A program made the position numbers and the translations under genes. A stretch of DNA of 61,182 bases from an uncultured bacterium (lineage in GTDB: Bacteria; Patescibacteriota; Dojkabacteria; SC72): NCBI GenBank assembly GCA_903840015.1, contig CAIMEL010000008.1, forward strand, positions 1 through 61,182. The letters are read 5' to 3'. Below the pieces are notes generated by a model. It was given only the letters and a program-made list of their open reading frames with translations, did not search any database and was not told the origin of the DNA. Shown in pieces: positions 19,925-28,657 of this stretch; positions within the stretch are counted from its first letter, which is position 1, and each line of letters opens with the position of its first letter.

Positions 19925-20323
19925 TTAAAACAGATAACCACAGAACTCTGCTTTTATCTGATATTCTCTATCGGGAGTCGCTATCATTTCTTCTGGAACT
20001 ATACAGTCTCCAAGATTATAATCATCTCCTATTTCTTCCGCAGCAATATCAAAACCTTGCTCATTACAATATCTTGCTAATCTTTCTTTATAATCTTTGT
20101 TTACAGCTTCTGCACATTCATGCTCTGATATAACTTTCCTTGGCTCAATATTAAATCCTAATTTATAATCTGAACTCATATTCATTTTGAACCCAGGGAA
20201 CTGAGAATATAAATACAGAGTAGATATTAGGAGAAGTACAATTACTATAAGCATAAAAGCAAATAATGGTTTTCGCATATTGTCTATTTTATTAAATTTA
20301 AAATTGAATGCCCTTTTATTCAT
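19925..20323 (-). CDS. Hypothetical single-pass protein
   Basis: Basic N-terminus, TM helix, Cys-containing exported domain. Confidence 0.6.
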   Translation of the reverse strand: MNKRAFNFKFNKIDNMRKPLFAFMLIVIVLLLISTLYLYSQFPGFKMNMSSDYKLGFNIEPRKVISEHECAEAVNKDYKERLARYCNEQGFDIAAEEIGDDYNLGDCIVPEEMIATPDREYQIKAEFCGYLF

Positions 20324-20410
20324 AGGATTCTTTTCACTTATATTACTATATATTCAGCATTGACGGAATTATTTATATTATCAACATCGTTACAGGGGGA
20401 AAAGGATGGA

Positions 20411-20487
20411 TGGTGGGCGACATAGGATTCGAACCTATGACCCTCTCGGTGTAAACGAGATGCTCTGACCAGCTGAGCTAGTCGCCC
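20411..20487 (-). tRNA. tRNA-Val(UAC), CCA encoded
   Basis: Acceptor GGGCGAC/GTCGCCC plus ACCA; anticodon arm TCTCG-ttTACac-CGAGA. Confidence 0.96.
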
Positions 20488-20499
20488 ATAACAGACATA

Positions 20500-20586
20500 T
20501 GCCGGGGACAGGAGTTGAACCTGCACGGGAGTATAAATCCCACTACCACCTCAAGGTAGCGTGTCTGCCAATTCCACCACCTCGGC
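20500..20586 (-). tRNA. tRNA-Leu(GAG), CCA not encoded
   Basis: Long variable arm; anticodon arm CTACC-ttGAGgt-GGTAG; acceptor GCCGAGG/CCCCGGC. Confidence 0.95.
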
Positions 20587-20694
20587 ACATACTACAGCAA
20601 TTCTATCAAACAACCCTTCTAAACTCAATGAAAAAGTTTTTGCAAAAATATCCATTTTGATGCAAAATAGAAAGATAATATAACCATCAAAACA

Positions 20695-21966
20695 ATGAAA
20701 ATCAAATCCATCCAAGCACAAGAAGTACTAGATTCAAATGGTAATCCAACAATATCTACAAAAATAGAGCTACTAAGTGGTGATATTGGTATAGCCCAAG
20801 TACCATCAGGAGCATCAACAGGAACAACTGAAGTATTGGAAATGAGAGACCAAGATCCAAAAAGATATGATGGCAAAGGTGTTCTTAATGCTGTAGAAAT
20901 AGTAAATACAACCATAGAGGATATTGTGCTAGATCATGAATTTACAAGTCAAAAAGAATTTGATGATCTTCTAATAAAAATAGATGGTACTGAACTAAAA
21001 AACAAATTTGGTGGTAACACAATACTCTCCTGTTCCATGGCTTTTGCCAAAGCAGTAGCCAACAGTATTGGGTTAGAACTGTATGAATACATAGGGATGA
21101 TATATTGGGATAACGAATACAAGGTTGAGAAATTAAAACTTCCAATTCCTCAGATGTTAGTGCTAGAGGGTGGGAAGCATGGTAATTGGGCCACAGATAT
21201 ACAAGAATATATGATAGTACCTAACTCTTCAAAATATTCTACATTTGCAGAACAATTAAGAGTAAGTACACAGGTATATCAAAAAATTGGAAAGATCTTA
21301 CAACAGAAAGAATACTCTACAGGAGTAGGATTCGAAGGTGCCTTTGCTCCGAGAGAAATGAGAGAAAACAAAGAAGCCTTCTCCATAATTATGGATGGTC
21401 TTACAGAAAGTGGTTTCAAAGCAGAAGAGGATTTTACAATAGCTATAGATGTAGCATCTTCTGAATTCTTCAATCAAGAAAATCAAAGATATGAACTAAA
21501 GAGAGAGAATCTCTCACTAGACAGTATAGAATGGGCTAACCTACAGAAGGAATGGTACATCAACTATCCAATATCATCCATTGAAGATCCATTTGATCAG
21601 GAGGATTGGAATGGGTGGGCAAGATTCATGGTAGAAGCTGGTAGTAGATACCAGATAGTTGGAGATGACCTCTTAACTACAAACACATCACGTATTAAAA
21701 AAGGTATTGAAAGGAAAGCTATGAATGCTGTACTCATCAAGCCAAATCAGATAGGGACAGTGTCTGAGACCTTAGACGCTATTAGGATGACAGTAGACAA
21801 TCATATGGAAGCAATAATCTCACACAGAAGTGGAGAAACAACAGATACCTTCATAGCTGACCTAGTTGTAGGAACAGCAGCAAAGTTTAGTAAATTTGGA
21901 GCTCCCAATAGAGGAGAAAGAATAGCTAAATACAACAGGTTGTTGGATATAGAAAAAAGGAGCTAG
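20695..21966 (+). CDS. eno: Enolase
   Basis: LDSNGNPT, VPSGASTG, IQEYM, IEDPF, VGDDL, IKPNQIG, SHRSGET, ERIAKYN. Confidence 0.96.
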   Translation: MKIKSIQAQEVLDSNGNPTISTKIELLSGDIGIAQVPSGASTGTTEVLEMRDQDPKRYDGKGVLNAVEIVNTTIEDIVLDHEFTSQKEFDDLLIKIDGTELKNKFGGNTILSCSMAFAKAVANSIGLELYEYIGMIYWDNEYKVEKLKLPIPQMLVLEGGKHGNWATDIQEYMIVPNSSKYSTFAEQLRVSTQVYQKIGKILQQKEYSTGVGFEGAFAPREMRENKEAFSIIMDGLTESGFKAEEDFTIAIDVASSEFFNQENQRYELKRENLSLDSIEWANLQKEWYINYPISSIEDPFDQEDWNGWARFMVEAGSRYQIVGDDLLTTNTSRIKKGIERKAMNAVLIKPNQIGTVSETLDAIRMTVDNHMEAIISHRSGETTDTFIADLVVGTAAKFSKFGAPNRGERIAKYNRLLDIEKRS

Positions 21967-22034
21967 GGGGGGATGTGGGAACTTGTGTTGTTACAGTGTA
22001 ACCGATAATCGGCATACGTCATCCACCCCTAGCT
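21961..22034. repeat. 15-bp inverted repeat enclosing two short palindromes
   Basis: AGCTAGGGGGGGATG (21961-75) vs CATCCACCCCTAGCT (22020-34), 14/15 complementary; inner GTTAC-agt-GTAAC and CCGA-taa-TCGG. Confidence 0.75.
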
Positions 22035-22037
22035 AGG

Positions 22038-22111
22038 AGTCCTCGATGGGATTTGAACCCATAACCTTACCCTTACAAAGAGTATGCTCTACCGGGTTGA
22101 GCTACAAGGAC
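22038..22111 (-). tRNA. tRNA-Thr(UGU), followed by CCT rather than CCA
   Basis: Acceptor GTCCTTG/CGAGGAC; anticodon arm TACTC-ttTGTaa-GGGTA. Confidence 0.93.
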
Positions 22112-22156
22112 TCGCATGAGTACACATATTATATCAGAAAAACGCTTGGATACAAG

Positions 22157-23224
22157 CTAAAGAGACAATCTAGGTTCCCTATCTATATTCTCAATACCAT
22201 CAGCCATATACTCCCCCCTCTCAATTTTGTAGTTAGCAACAACACCAATCATAGCAGCATTGTCACCCCTCTCATCCATATTTGGATATATATATTCCAG
22301 TCCATTACTTTTCGCAATATTACCAATATATCTCAATATCTCCTCACTATTAAAAACTCCTCCTCCAACAAACAAACTTTTAACATTAGGGACTTCCTGT
22401 AAAGCAAGCTCAAGTTTAATTCTAAGAGATTCTTTCACTGTATCTAGAAATCCTCTGCAGAAATCATACACCCACTCCTTCTCTGGGATACCAGATTCTC
22501 TTAACTCTTTTGTTTTGTAAAGAGCTGCTGTCTTCAAACCAGAGTAACTAAAATTCATATCTCCTGAATTTTTCATTGGTACAGTAAATACAATATTTCC
22601 AGATTTACCTTTCTTAGCAAAATCACATATAACGGGACCACCTGGGTACCCAAAGTTCAACATCCTACTTACTTTGTCAAAAGCCTCTCCCACAGCATCA
22701 TCCAAAGTCTCTCCTAATTTCTTGTATTCCCCTATTCCGTTACACTGTATTAATTCTGTATGCTTTCCGGAAATTAACAATCCTAGAGCAGGAAAAAGGT
22801 TGTTAACATCACCCTCTACCAATCCTTTACCCTTAGAATTCAATAGTAATCCAGAGAGGAGATGTCCCTCCATATGGTTGATGGGTATAAATGGTTTAGA
22901 ATATTTGATAGCTAAATGCTTTGAATATTCCAAACCAACCTCTAAATCAATAGCTAATCCAGGACCATATGTACAAGCAATATATTCAATCTCTTCGATT
23001 GTAACTTTTGCTTTCTTTAAAGCTTCTGAATATACCAGAGGGATATTCTTCTCATGCTCCCTCCTTGCGATATCTGGGACAACACCACCCCACTGTGCAT
23101 GAATCTCTACCTGAGATGAAACAACACTTGAAAGAAGATTTCTTCCGCGAAGTACAGCTACAGAGGTATCATCACAGCTAGTATCGAAAGCAAGTATTAA
23201 TGGATCTTTACTCATATATCTCAA
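22157..23224 (-). CDS. tsaD: tRNA N6-threonylcarbamoyladenosine transferase TsaD
   Basis: FDTSCDDT, PDIARREH, TYGPGL, INHMEGH, ISGKHT, DDAVGEAFDK, YPGGP, FSYSGLKT, DNAAMI. Confidence 0.96.
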   Translation of the reverse strand: MRYMSKDPLILAFDTSCDDTSVAVLRGRNLLSSVVSSQVEIHAQWGGVVPDIARREHEKNIPLVYSEALKKAKVTIEEIEYIACTYGPGLAIDLEVGLEYSKHLAIKYSKPFIPINHMEGHLLSGLLLNSKGKGLVEGDVNNLFPALGLLISGKHTELIQCNGIGEYKKLGETLDDAVGEAFDKVSRMLNFGYPGGPVICDFAKKGKSGNIVFTVPMKNSGDMNFSYSGLKTAALYKTKELRESGIPEKEWVYDFCRGFLDTVKESLRIKLELALQEVPNVKSLFVGGGVFNSEEILRYIGNIAKSNGLEYIYPNMDERGDNAAMIGVVANYKIERGEYMADGIENIDREPRLSL

Positions 23225-24296
23225 TACTCCTTTCTTCCAAAGAGATATATTTGATTACAACTTTGTACATAGGGATATTCATATTGTCACACAGAGCAGA
23301 TATTTCTTGGTAGAATTTGTCTGCCCATTCAATTAGGAGTATGTTTCCTTTTTCTAAATGCTGTATTAATCCTGATGTTTGAAGTTCTTCTCCCTCTAAT
23401 CTCCATGTGTCCATATGTGCAAGTATTGTTTTTCTACCGTTATACATATATGGATATTCATTGATTATGGTATATGTAGGAGAATTAACTATATCTTTTA
23501 CTCCAATTTGTTTTGCTACACCTTTTGCAAATTGTGTTTTTCCTGCTCCTAATTCACCACTTAATGCTACTACACAGGGAGAGTTGTTGTTTAGATATTT
23601 TTTTGCAAACATACTTCCAAAAGCAATTGTTTCTTCTGCACTTTTACTTTCCACCTCCTCTATCTTTTTGTTTTTGATTAATGCATTTTCAAATTCAACT
23701 TTGCCCTGTCTAAGTACAGCAAGTTCATTCATAGTGGTATCTAGAACTGTAGAGGGTTGATTTTTTGGTAACTCCCCTGCATCTAGATATATCCCTATGA
23801 GTTCTTTACTCTTTTTAGGTAAATCCTTTATCAATCCCTTAATACTGTATGGAGGAGATTTGTACGATACATTTGCGGATGTCGCGGTTATGGGTTTACC
23901 ATACTCTTTGATTAGATCTAATGTGAATTTGTAATCAGGATATCTAACACCTACAGCTCCCTGTATTGAAACTACAGGTGGTTGTAAGGTACCTTTACTG
24001 AAAGATATTACGGTTATTGGACCTGGGAGATAGTTGTTGTAGATGTTGTTTGCTGTTTCATTTAGTTCCACATACTCTTTGGCCATTGTTTTGTTTGCAA
24101 CTGCTATTGATATGGGTTTTGATCCTCTTAGTTTCTTGTACTTCATTATTTTTTCCAATGCTTTTGGATTTGTAGCATCTCCACCGAGACCGTAGCAGGT
24201 TTCAGTAGGGTATACTATTAACCCACCTTCTGAGAGTATTTTTTTAGCTTTTTGTATAGCTAATGTTCTTTCTTTTTTAATATCGATTATGTTCAT
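23208..24296 (-). CDS. tsaC-tsaE: Fusion of TsaC (YrdC) and TsaE (P-loop ATPase); start moved to ATG 24296
   Basis: N-half YPTETCYGLG, K.RGSKP, PGPIT, TATSANVS, PSTVLD; C-half SGELGAGKT, VNSPTYT, HMDTWRL, IEWAD, with no stop between. Confidence 0.9.
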   Translation of the reverse strand: MNIIDIKKERTLAIQKAKKILSEGGLIVYPTETCYGLGGDATNPKALEKIMKYKKLRGSKPISIAVANKTMAKEYVELNETANNIYNNYLPGPITVISFSKGTLQPPVVSIQGAVGVRYPDYKFTLDLIKEYGKPITATSANVSYKSPPYSIKGLIKDLPKKSKELIGIYLDAGELPKNQPSTVLDTTMNELAVLRQGKVEFENALIKNKKIEEVESKSAEETIAFGSMFAKKYLNNNSPCVVALSGELGAGKTQFAKGVAKQIGVKDIVNSPTYTIINEYPYMYNGRKTILAHMDTWRLEGEELQTSGLIQHLEKGNILLIEWADKFYQEISALCDNMNIPMYKVVIKYISLEERSIEIYE

Positions 24297-24373
24297 GGTA
24301 TAATACATATTATACAAGGAATATATCTGAATGCCCATATTCCAATACTTTTAAATTGTTAACCATATATATT

Positions 24374-24694
24374 ATGTCACTAATACATTTAACAGACGAG
24401 AGCTTCAAAACAGAGATTTCTGAATACGAGGGAGTTGCTTTGGTAGATTTCTGGGCACCTTGGTGTGGACCATGTCAGATGGTTGGTCCAGTTATTGAGG
24501 AGTTAGCTACAGAGTTCGAGGGTAAAGCAAAGGTTGGAAAGGTTAATGTGGATGAGCAACAGAATTTAGCAGAGCATTTTCAAATTATGAGTATACCTGC
24601 TGTTTTTGTTTTTAAGAATGGAGAGGTTGTAGATACTCTGATTGGTGCAATGGCGAAGGAGGATTACAAAGAAGCTATTCAGAAGCATCTTTAA
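24374..24694 (+). CDS. trxA: Thioredoxin
   Basis: DFWAPWCGPC, KVNVDE, IMSIPA. Confidence 0.96.
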   Translation: MSLIHLTDESFKTEISEYEGVALVDFWAPWCGPCQMVGPVIEELATEFEGKAKVGKVNVDEQQNLAEHFQIMSIPAVFVFKNGEVVDTLIGAMAKEDYKEAIQKHL

Positions 24695-25604
24695 TTTCTG
24701 TTTGTCTAAGTATTACAGTAGGTTTAGCGAAACCACCTGATTTTACCTTTGCTTGCCTTTTTGCTTCGTACATCAGTTTGTCTGCAAGCTGTACTTTTTC
24801 ATTAAGTACAATACGGATACTATCCGAGATATGACTCCCAAAGAGGTGATTGTCTCTTGCTTCTTCGTAGAGTAATTGTGTCGGTATTGTATATATACCG
24901 GCAGAAAAGCGTAGTGTAGGATCGCTAATTGTTTTTAAACGTTTTTGAACCTTTTCTGACGGATCTTCATCTGATTCCATTAGTATTGCAAATTCGTCTC
25001 CTCCCCATCTAGCTAGTTCATCGGTTGGTCTGAAAGTAGACTGAAGTAGTCTAGACACACCAACTATATACCCGTCACCTGTTGCATGCCCCTCTGTGTC
25101 ATTTATCTCTTTTAGACCATTTAGATCAAGCATTATGATTGTTATGAAGGGTTTGGCATCTCCTCTGTATATTCCTTCTCCGAGTTTTTTAATAGCTCTA
25201 TCCTATCCTCCTCTGTTGTCTAATTTTGTCAAGGGATCCACTGTAGCCTGTTCACTTAGTTCTTGTATTCTAACAACTTCATCTATATCTTTACTGAAAA
25301 GAAGGAAACTAGGATCTCCTTTTTGATCAAAGATTATCTGTGTTCCTTTGAAACCAGCATATTCATATGGTATGTGCATTTGAGTTGCTTTACCTGTGTT
25401 CTCCTCTTTAGCTCTTACAGAGTGATCTTCAATAACAGAGAGCTTTTCTTCAGGTATATATTCTTTTTTGTATTCTGCAAAGTACAGGGTAGCACCAGAG
25501 GGTGTTTGTTCTAATTCGGTTAGAGGTATATTTATTTCTGGTGTTTGTGGTACTCCTTCTGTATCCATACAGATTATATTACAGTATCTATATTCTGTTG
25601 TCAT
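24675..25604 (-). pseudogene. Diguanylate cyclase (GGDEF) gene interrupted by an in-frame TAG at 25203-25205
   Basis: ORFs 25203..25604 and 24675..25133 share a frame: DPLTKLDNRGG*DRAIKK...MLDLNGLKEINDTEGHATGD...RPTDELARWGGDEF. Confidence 0.85.
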
Positions 25605-25642
25605 TCTTTTTACTGTTTGATATACTTTGTAGCGATATATAT

Positions 25643-25719
25643 GGAGTGGTAGCTCAATTGGTTAGAGCATCTCACTGTCACTGAGAAGGTTGCGGGTTCG
25701 AGTCCCGTCCATTCCGCCA
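25643..25719 (+). tRNA. tRNA-Asp(GUC), CCA encoded
   Basis: Acceptor GGAGTGG/CCATTCC, G73, CCA; anticodon arm TCTCA-ctGTCac-TGAGA. Confidence 0.96.
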
Positions 25720-26376
25720 TACTTCACATGTTCCCACAAGACTCGTTTGCTATGCTTTAAAACCTTTATGGGGATTGAGTTATTTTGTTTCAAAAAGTAA
25801 AGTTTTCAAAATTAAGGCCTGGTGGATGAAATTTGCCTTTTCTGGAGTAGTTTTATGCACCTCTCGGTTCGATGTAGAAAGCCTTTTAAAACTTGATTAT
25901 TTGAATATTCAAAAATCTTACAACCGGTTCCGTTCTCGTTTCTGCCACTTAATTATTGTGGGTAAGTTCGAAAGGGGTCTTACTTTGAGGTTTTAAGAAA
26001 TTAATATGAAGATATTGCTATCATTCTAATTTCAAGTAACGAATCTTACGATTCTCCCTCCGGATGATTACTCACCCTACTTTTTTGACCGTGAGGTCAC
26101 TTCTTCTTGGTGGACACATATGACCCATTCTTCTTCTTTTTTTCGTTCCCTTGTTTTTGAGAAGTCGGTGGGTTTTTCTTTGACTTTTCAGCCATGGCAT
26201 CCTCCTTTCGTAAGAATGGCAGGATTATACCCCATAATATTTACTGTGGGAAGAGTGACTCGTTTCTCTAGTGAACGGTGCTCGAACAAATCGCCTATTT
26301 TTGCTGAATTTTGAAAATAAAATTCCTTTGTTGCTTGCTTTTATTTTCGCTAGTTCGATCCCCGTCCATTCCGCCA
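25720..26376. mobile_element. 657-bp integrase-less mini-island bounded by a duplicated tRNA-Asp 3' end
   Basis: tRNA 3' 24-mer (25696-25719) recurs at 26353-26376 (22/24 identical); the sequence after each copy is also homologous. Confidence 0.65.
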
Positions 26377-26510
26377 CGTTTGTGTTGTTCCGACAAGACC
26401 CGTACACTATCTCTAGGAATCCCTTGGTTGCTTCGTTATTTTCCCCTTAAAAAGTTAATTCTCAATTTCACATCCTGGTGGATGAAATTTGCCATTTCTG
26501 GAGTAGTTTT
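25818..26510 (+). repeat. Direct-repeat core of two degenerate ~230-bp blocks
   Basis: CCTGGTGGATGAAATTTGCC[T/A]TTTCTGGAGTAGTTTT at 25818-25854 and 26474-26510 (36/37 identical). Confidence 0.9.
26097..26195 (-). CDS. 32-aa Lys-rich small protein, absent from the ORF track
   Basis: TATAAT (26229-24), AAAGGAGG (26208-01), 5-nt spacer, ATG: MAEKSKKNPPTSQKQGNEKKKKNGSYVSTKKK-TGA. Confidence 0.6.
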   Translation of the reverse strand: MAEKSKKNPPTSQKQGNEKKKKNGSYVSTKKK

Positions 26511-26625
26511 TACTCGCCCACGGTTCGAAGGGAAGATCCTTTTATGGCTTGATTTGTGGACATACCGAATATTCATTACTCGGTGAGAGTCTCGTTCTGT
26601 ACATATACTTTTGTGGATAAAACTC

Positions 26626-27483
26626 TTATTTCATTAACATACCATAGGTTATTTCTTCTTCTGGCTTAATAGGCTCTTGCTCCTTTTTGACTTCTGACCT
26701 GAAAATAATATCATTTACAATACCCGGTCTTTCCATGTTTACAAAATGGCCAATACCATCTGCTAACTCAAGATTACTATTTGGAATCTTAGTTGCCAGT
26801 TCTCGAGTCTGCTCTAAGCTATCATAGGAATCATCAAGTCCGACAATTACATTCGTTTTGCATTTAATCTCTCCTAATCTCCCTATTATTGGTGGATTCG
26901 GAGTCTCCCTTTTACATCCTCTAAAAAACATTGAGCCATTAAATTCTTGAACAATTTTTGAAATTTGAGCATGAAGCTCTGGTTTCGCTGTTTTCATCTT
27001 TCCAAGTTCTCCATAGTCGAGAATTTGAGCAATTACCCCTTTAAGATTTCCATCTAAAACCATCTTTGTCCATTCTTGAAAAGGGGCATGCTCCTTTGGA
27101 GAATACCCATTTATTCCTGATCCTATTAAAGTTAACTCTTTAACATACTGTGGGTTACTAACAGTAAAAGATGTTGCAATCTCTCCTCCAAAGGACATTC
27201 CTACAAGATGACATTCGTTAATACTGAGACCATCTATTAGTTGCTTTAGATCTTCCTCATGAGAGTACAAGCCTTTAGGATCAGATGATTTACCAAAACC
27301 TCGCATATCATATGTAATGACTCTTCTTCCCGCTTTATTAAGTGCATCCACTTGAGATTCCCAAATTTTCTGATTAAGTGGAAAACCATGAATCAATATT
27401 ATTGGAGTCCCCTCTCCTCCATTGTCTGTGTAGGACAACTTACCACTTCCATCTTTCAACTCTAACGTTTTTTCTTCTGGCAT
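26626..27483 (-). CDS. Alpha/beta hydrolase (start moved to ATG 27483)
   Basis: LIHGFP, YDMRGFG, GMSFGG nucleophile elbow, GLDD, GHFVNME. Confidence 0.9.
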   Translation of the reverse strand: MPEEKTLELKDGSGKLSYTDNGGEGTPIILIHGFPLNQKIWESQVDALNKAGRRVITYDMRGFGKSSDPKGLYSHEEDLKQLIDGLSINECHLVGMSFGGEIATSFTVSNPQYVKELTLIGSGINGYSPKEHAPFQEWTKMVLDGNLKGVIAQILDYGELGKMKTAKPELHAQISKIVQEFNGSMFFRGCKRETPNPPIIGRLGEIKCKTNVIVGLDDSYDSLEQTRELATKIPNSNLELADGIGHFVNMERPGIVNDIIFRSEVKKEQEPIKPEEEITYGMLMK

Positions 27484-27494
27484 AATTAAATATA

Positions 27495-28562
27495 TCATCT
27501 TGGTAAGATAATACCAACCTCTGCAAAGTTCCCCCCTATAACCATCTTCCCTATACTTGGATCAATATTATCATGTATTAATGATAGGCCATCTCCAGAG
27601 AATTCTGGGTTATCATTACCTCCCATATCTGATGAAAACCAATCCCCCTGTACAGTACCATATACATTCTGATGTGGACTTCCACATATTGGTTCTATCG
27701 TTCTAGGTAAAAAGTATTTCTCTTTCCGTTCCTCTAACTTCTTGTCCTCATACTTCTTAAAAGCATATGTTCCAAATTTTGAATACAAAATATCTTTCAA
27801 ATCCCCTGAGTAAAGATCAAACATACAGAAAGCATAGGGGTAGTCATTATAATCATATCTTTCCCAATCAACATTCTTGTCTGGTTCTACATTGTAATTG
27901 AACGCCCAAACCTCTGGAATCTGGTCTATACCGGTCCACGCTATCTGTTCTCCAGCTTTTGACCAATACTCTAACTCATATCCACACTGAGTTATTGTTG
28001 CTTGTCCATCATGTTTACCTTTAGAGGATTTACAATCTGGTTTTACACTGTCAACTTCACTTTGAAGCTTTGGCATTAGTTCTGATACCCCTGCAGCTAC
28101 TACTTTTACTCCTTTACAAAGATTAAAATCAATTGCATAGGTTGTTTGAATAATATCTCCATCCACATCATATGACTTTTCTTGCATGACCTCTGAAATG
28201 ATACTATCCCCCGGAGTATAGAATGGCATACGAGGCCAATCACCCATCTGACCATATCCTTCAAAATATACATGATCTACCGGGAATGTATGACCTGGAG
28301 GATTAGAATTCCCCAGAGGGGTCAATGAAGCTAGATATTCAATATCAATCATTGATACAGTAAGAAGACCTGAGAGGTCGGGAGGACAATCTGGTAGTTT
28401 GTTGCTGTACGAAGAATCCCCATAATGATCTATTTCTTTCTTAATTTGTTCGCCTTTTTCAGGAATTAGAAGAATATAGATTGTGACAGAAAGAATAACG
28501 AAGAGAATGATTAATATCACCCACCAAAACCTTTTAAGAAAGGATTTTAAGATTATCATCAA
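27495..28562 (-). CDS. Membrane-anchored hypothetical protein, possibly C-terminally truncated
   Basis: N-terminal TM, PLGN..PPGHTFPVDHVYF motif, several Cys. Confidence 0.7.
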   Translation of the reverse strand: MMIILKSFLKRFWWVILIILFVILSVTIYILLIPEKGEQIKKEIDHYGDSSYSNKLPDCPPDLSGLLTVSMIDIEYLASLTPLGNSNPPGHTFPVDHVYFEGYGQMGDWPRMPFYTPGDSIISEVMQEKSYDVDGDIIQTTYAIDFNLCKGVKVVAAGVSELMPKLQSEVDSVKPDCKSSKGKHDGQATITQCGYELEYWSKAGEQIAWTGIDQIPEVWAFNYNVEPDKNVDWERYDYNDYPYAFCMFDLYSGDLKDILYSKFGTYAFKKYEDKKLEERKEKYFLPRTIEPICGSPHQNVYGTVQGDWFSSDMGGNDNPEFSGDGLSLIHDNIDPSIGKMVIGGNFAEVGIILPR

Positions 28563-28657
28563 TACAATATATCATTTTGATTAGAGAATTACAGATGCAC
28601 ATGTTTGAGCATCAAACGCAATAGAAGATATTTCATTCTTCTAGTATACTAACATAT

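Noticed and set aside
21990-22025. Xer/dif site in the eno-tRNA-Thr spacer
   Set aside because: No 11-6-11 layout with a TTATG-type XerD arm
20338-25684. ORFs 20338..20526, 22046..22402 and 25502..25684
   Set aside because: They are translations of tRNA gene sequences or shadows of real genes
25818-26510. c-di-GMP-I riboswitch in the repeat core (GGCAAA on the minus strand, near a GGDEF gene)
   Set aside because: No GAAA tetraloop/receptor or second conserved stem; pairing is not preserved between the copies
25775-26586. Paired + strand ORFs both containing WWMKFA.SGVV
   Set aside because: The match follows from the 36/37-nt DNA repeat; flanking translations do not align and neither ORF has a credible start signal
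25696-26600. CRISPR array or integron cassette array
   Set aside because: Only two long degenerate copies 657 nt apart; no short regular repeat-spacer period, no attC-like boxes, no cas or intI gene
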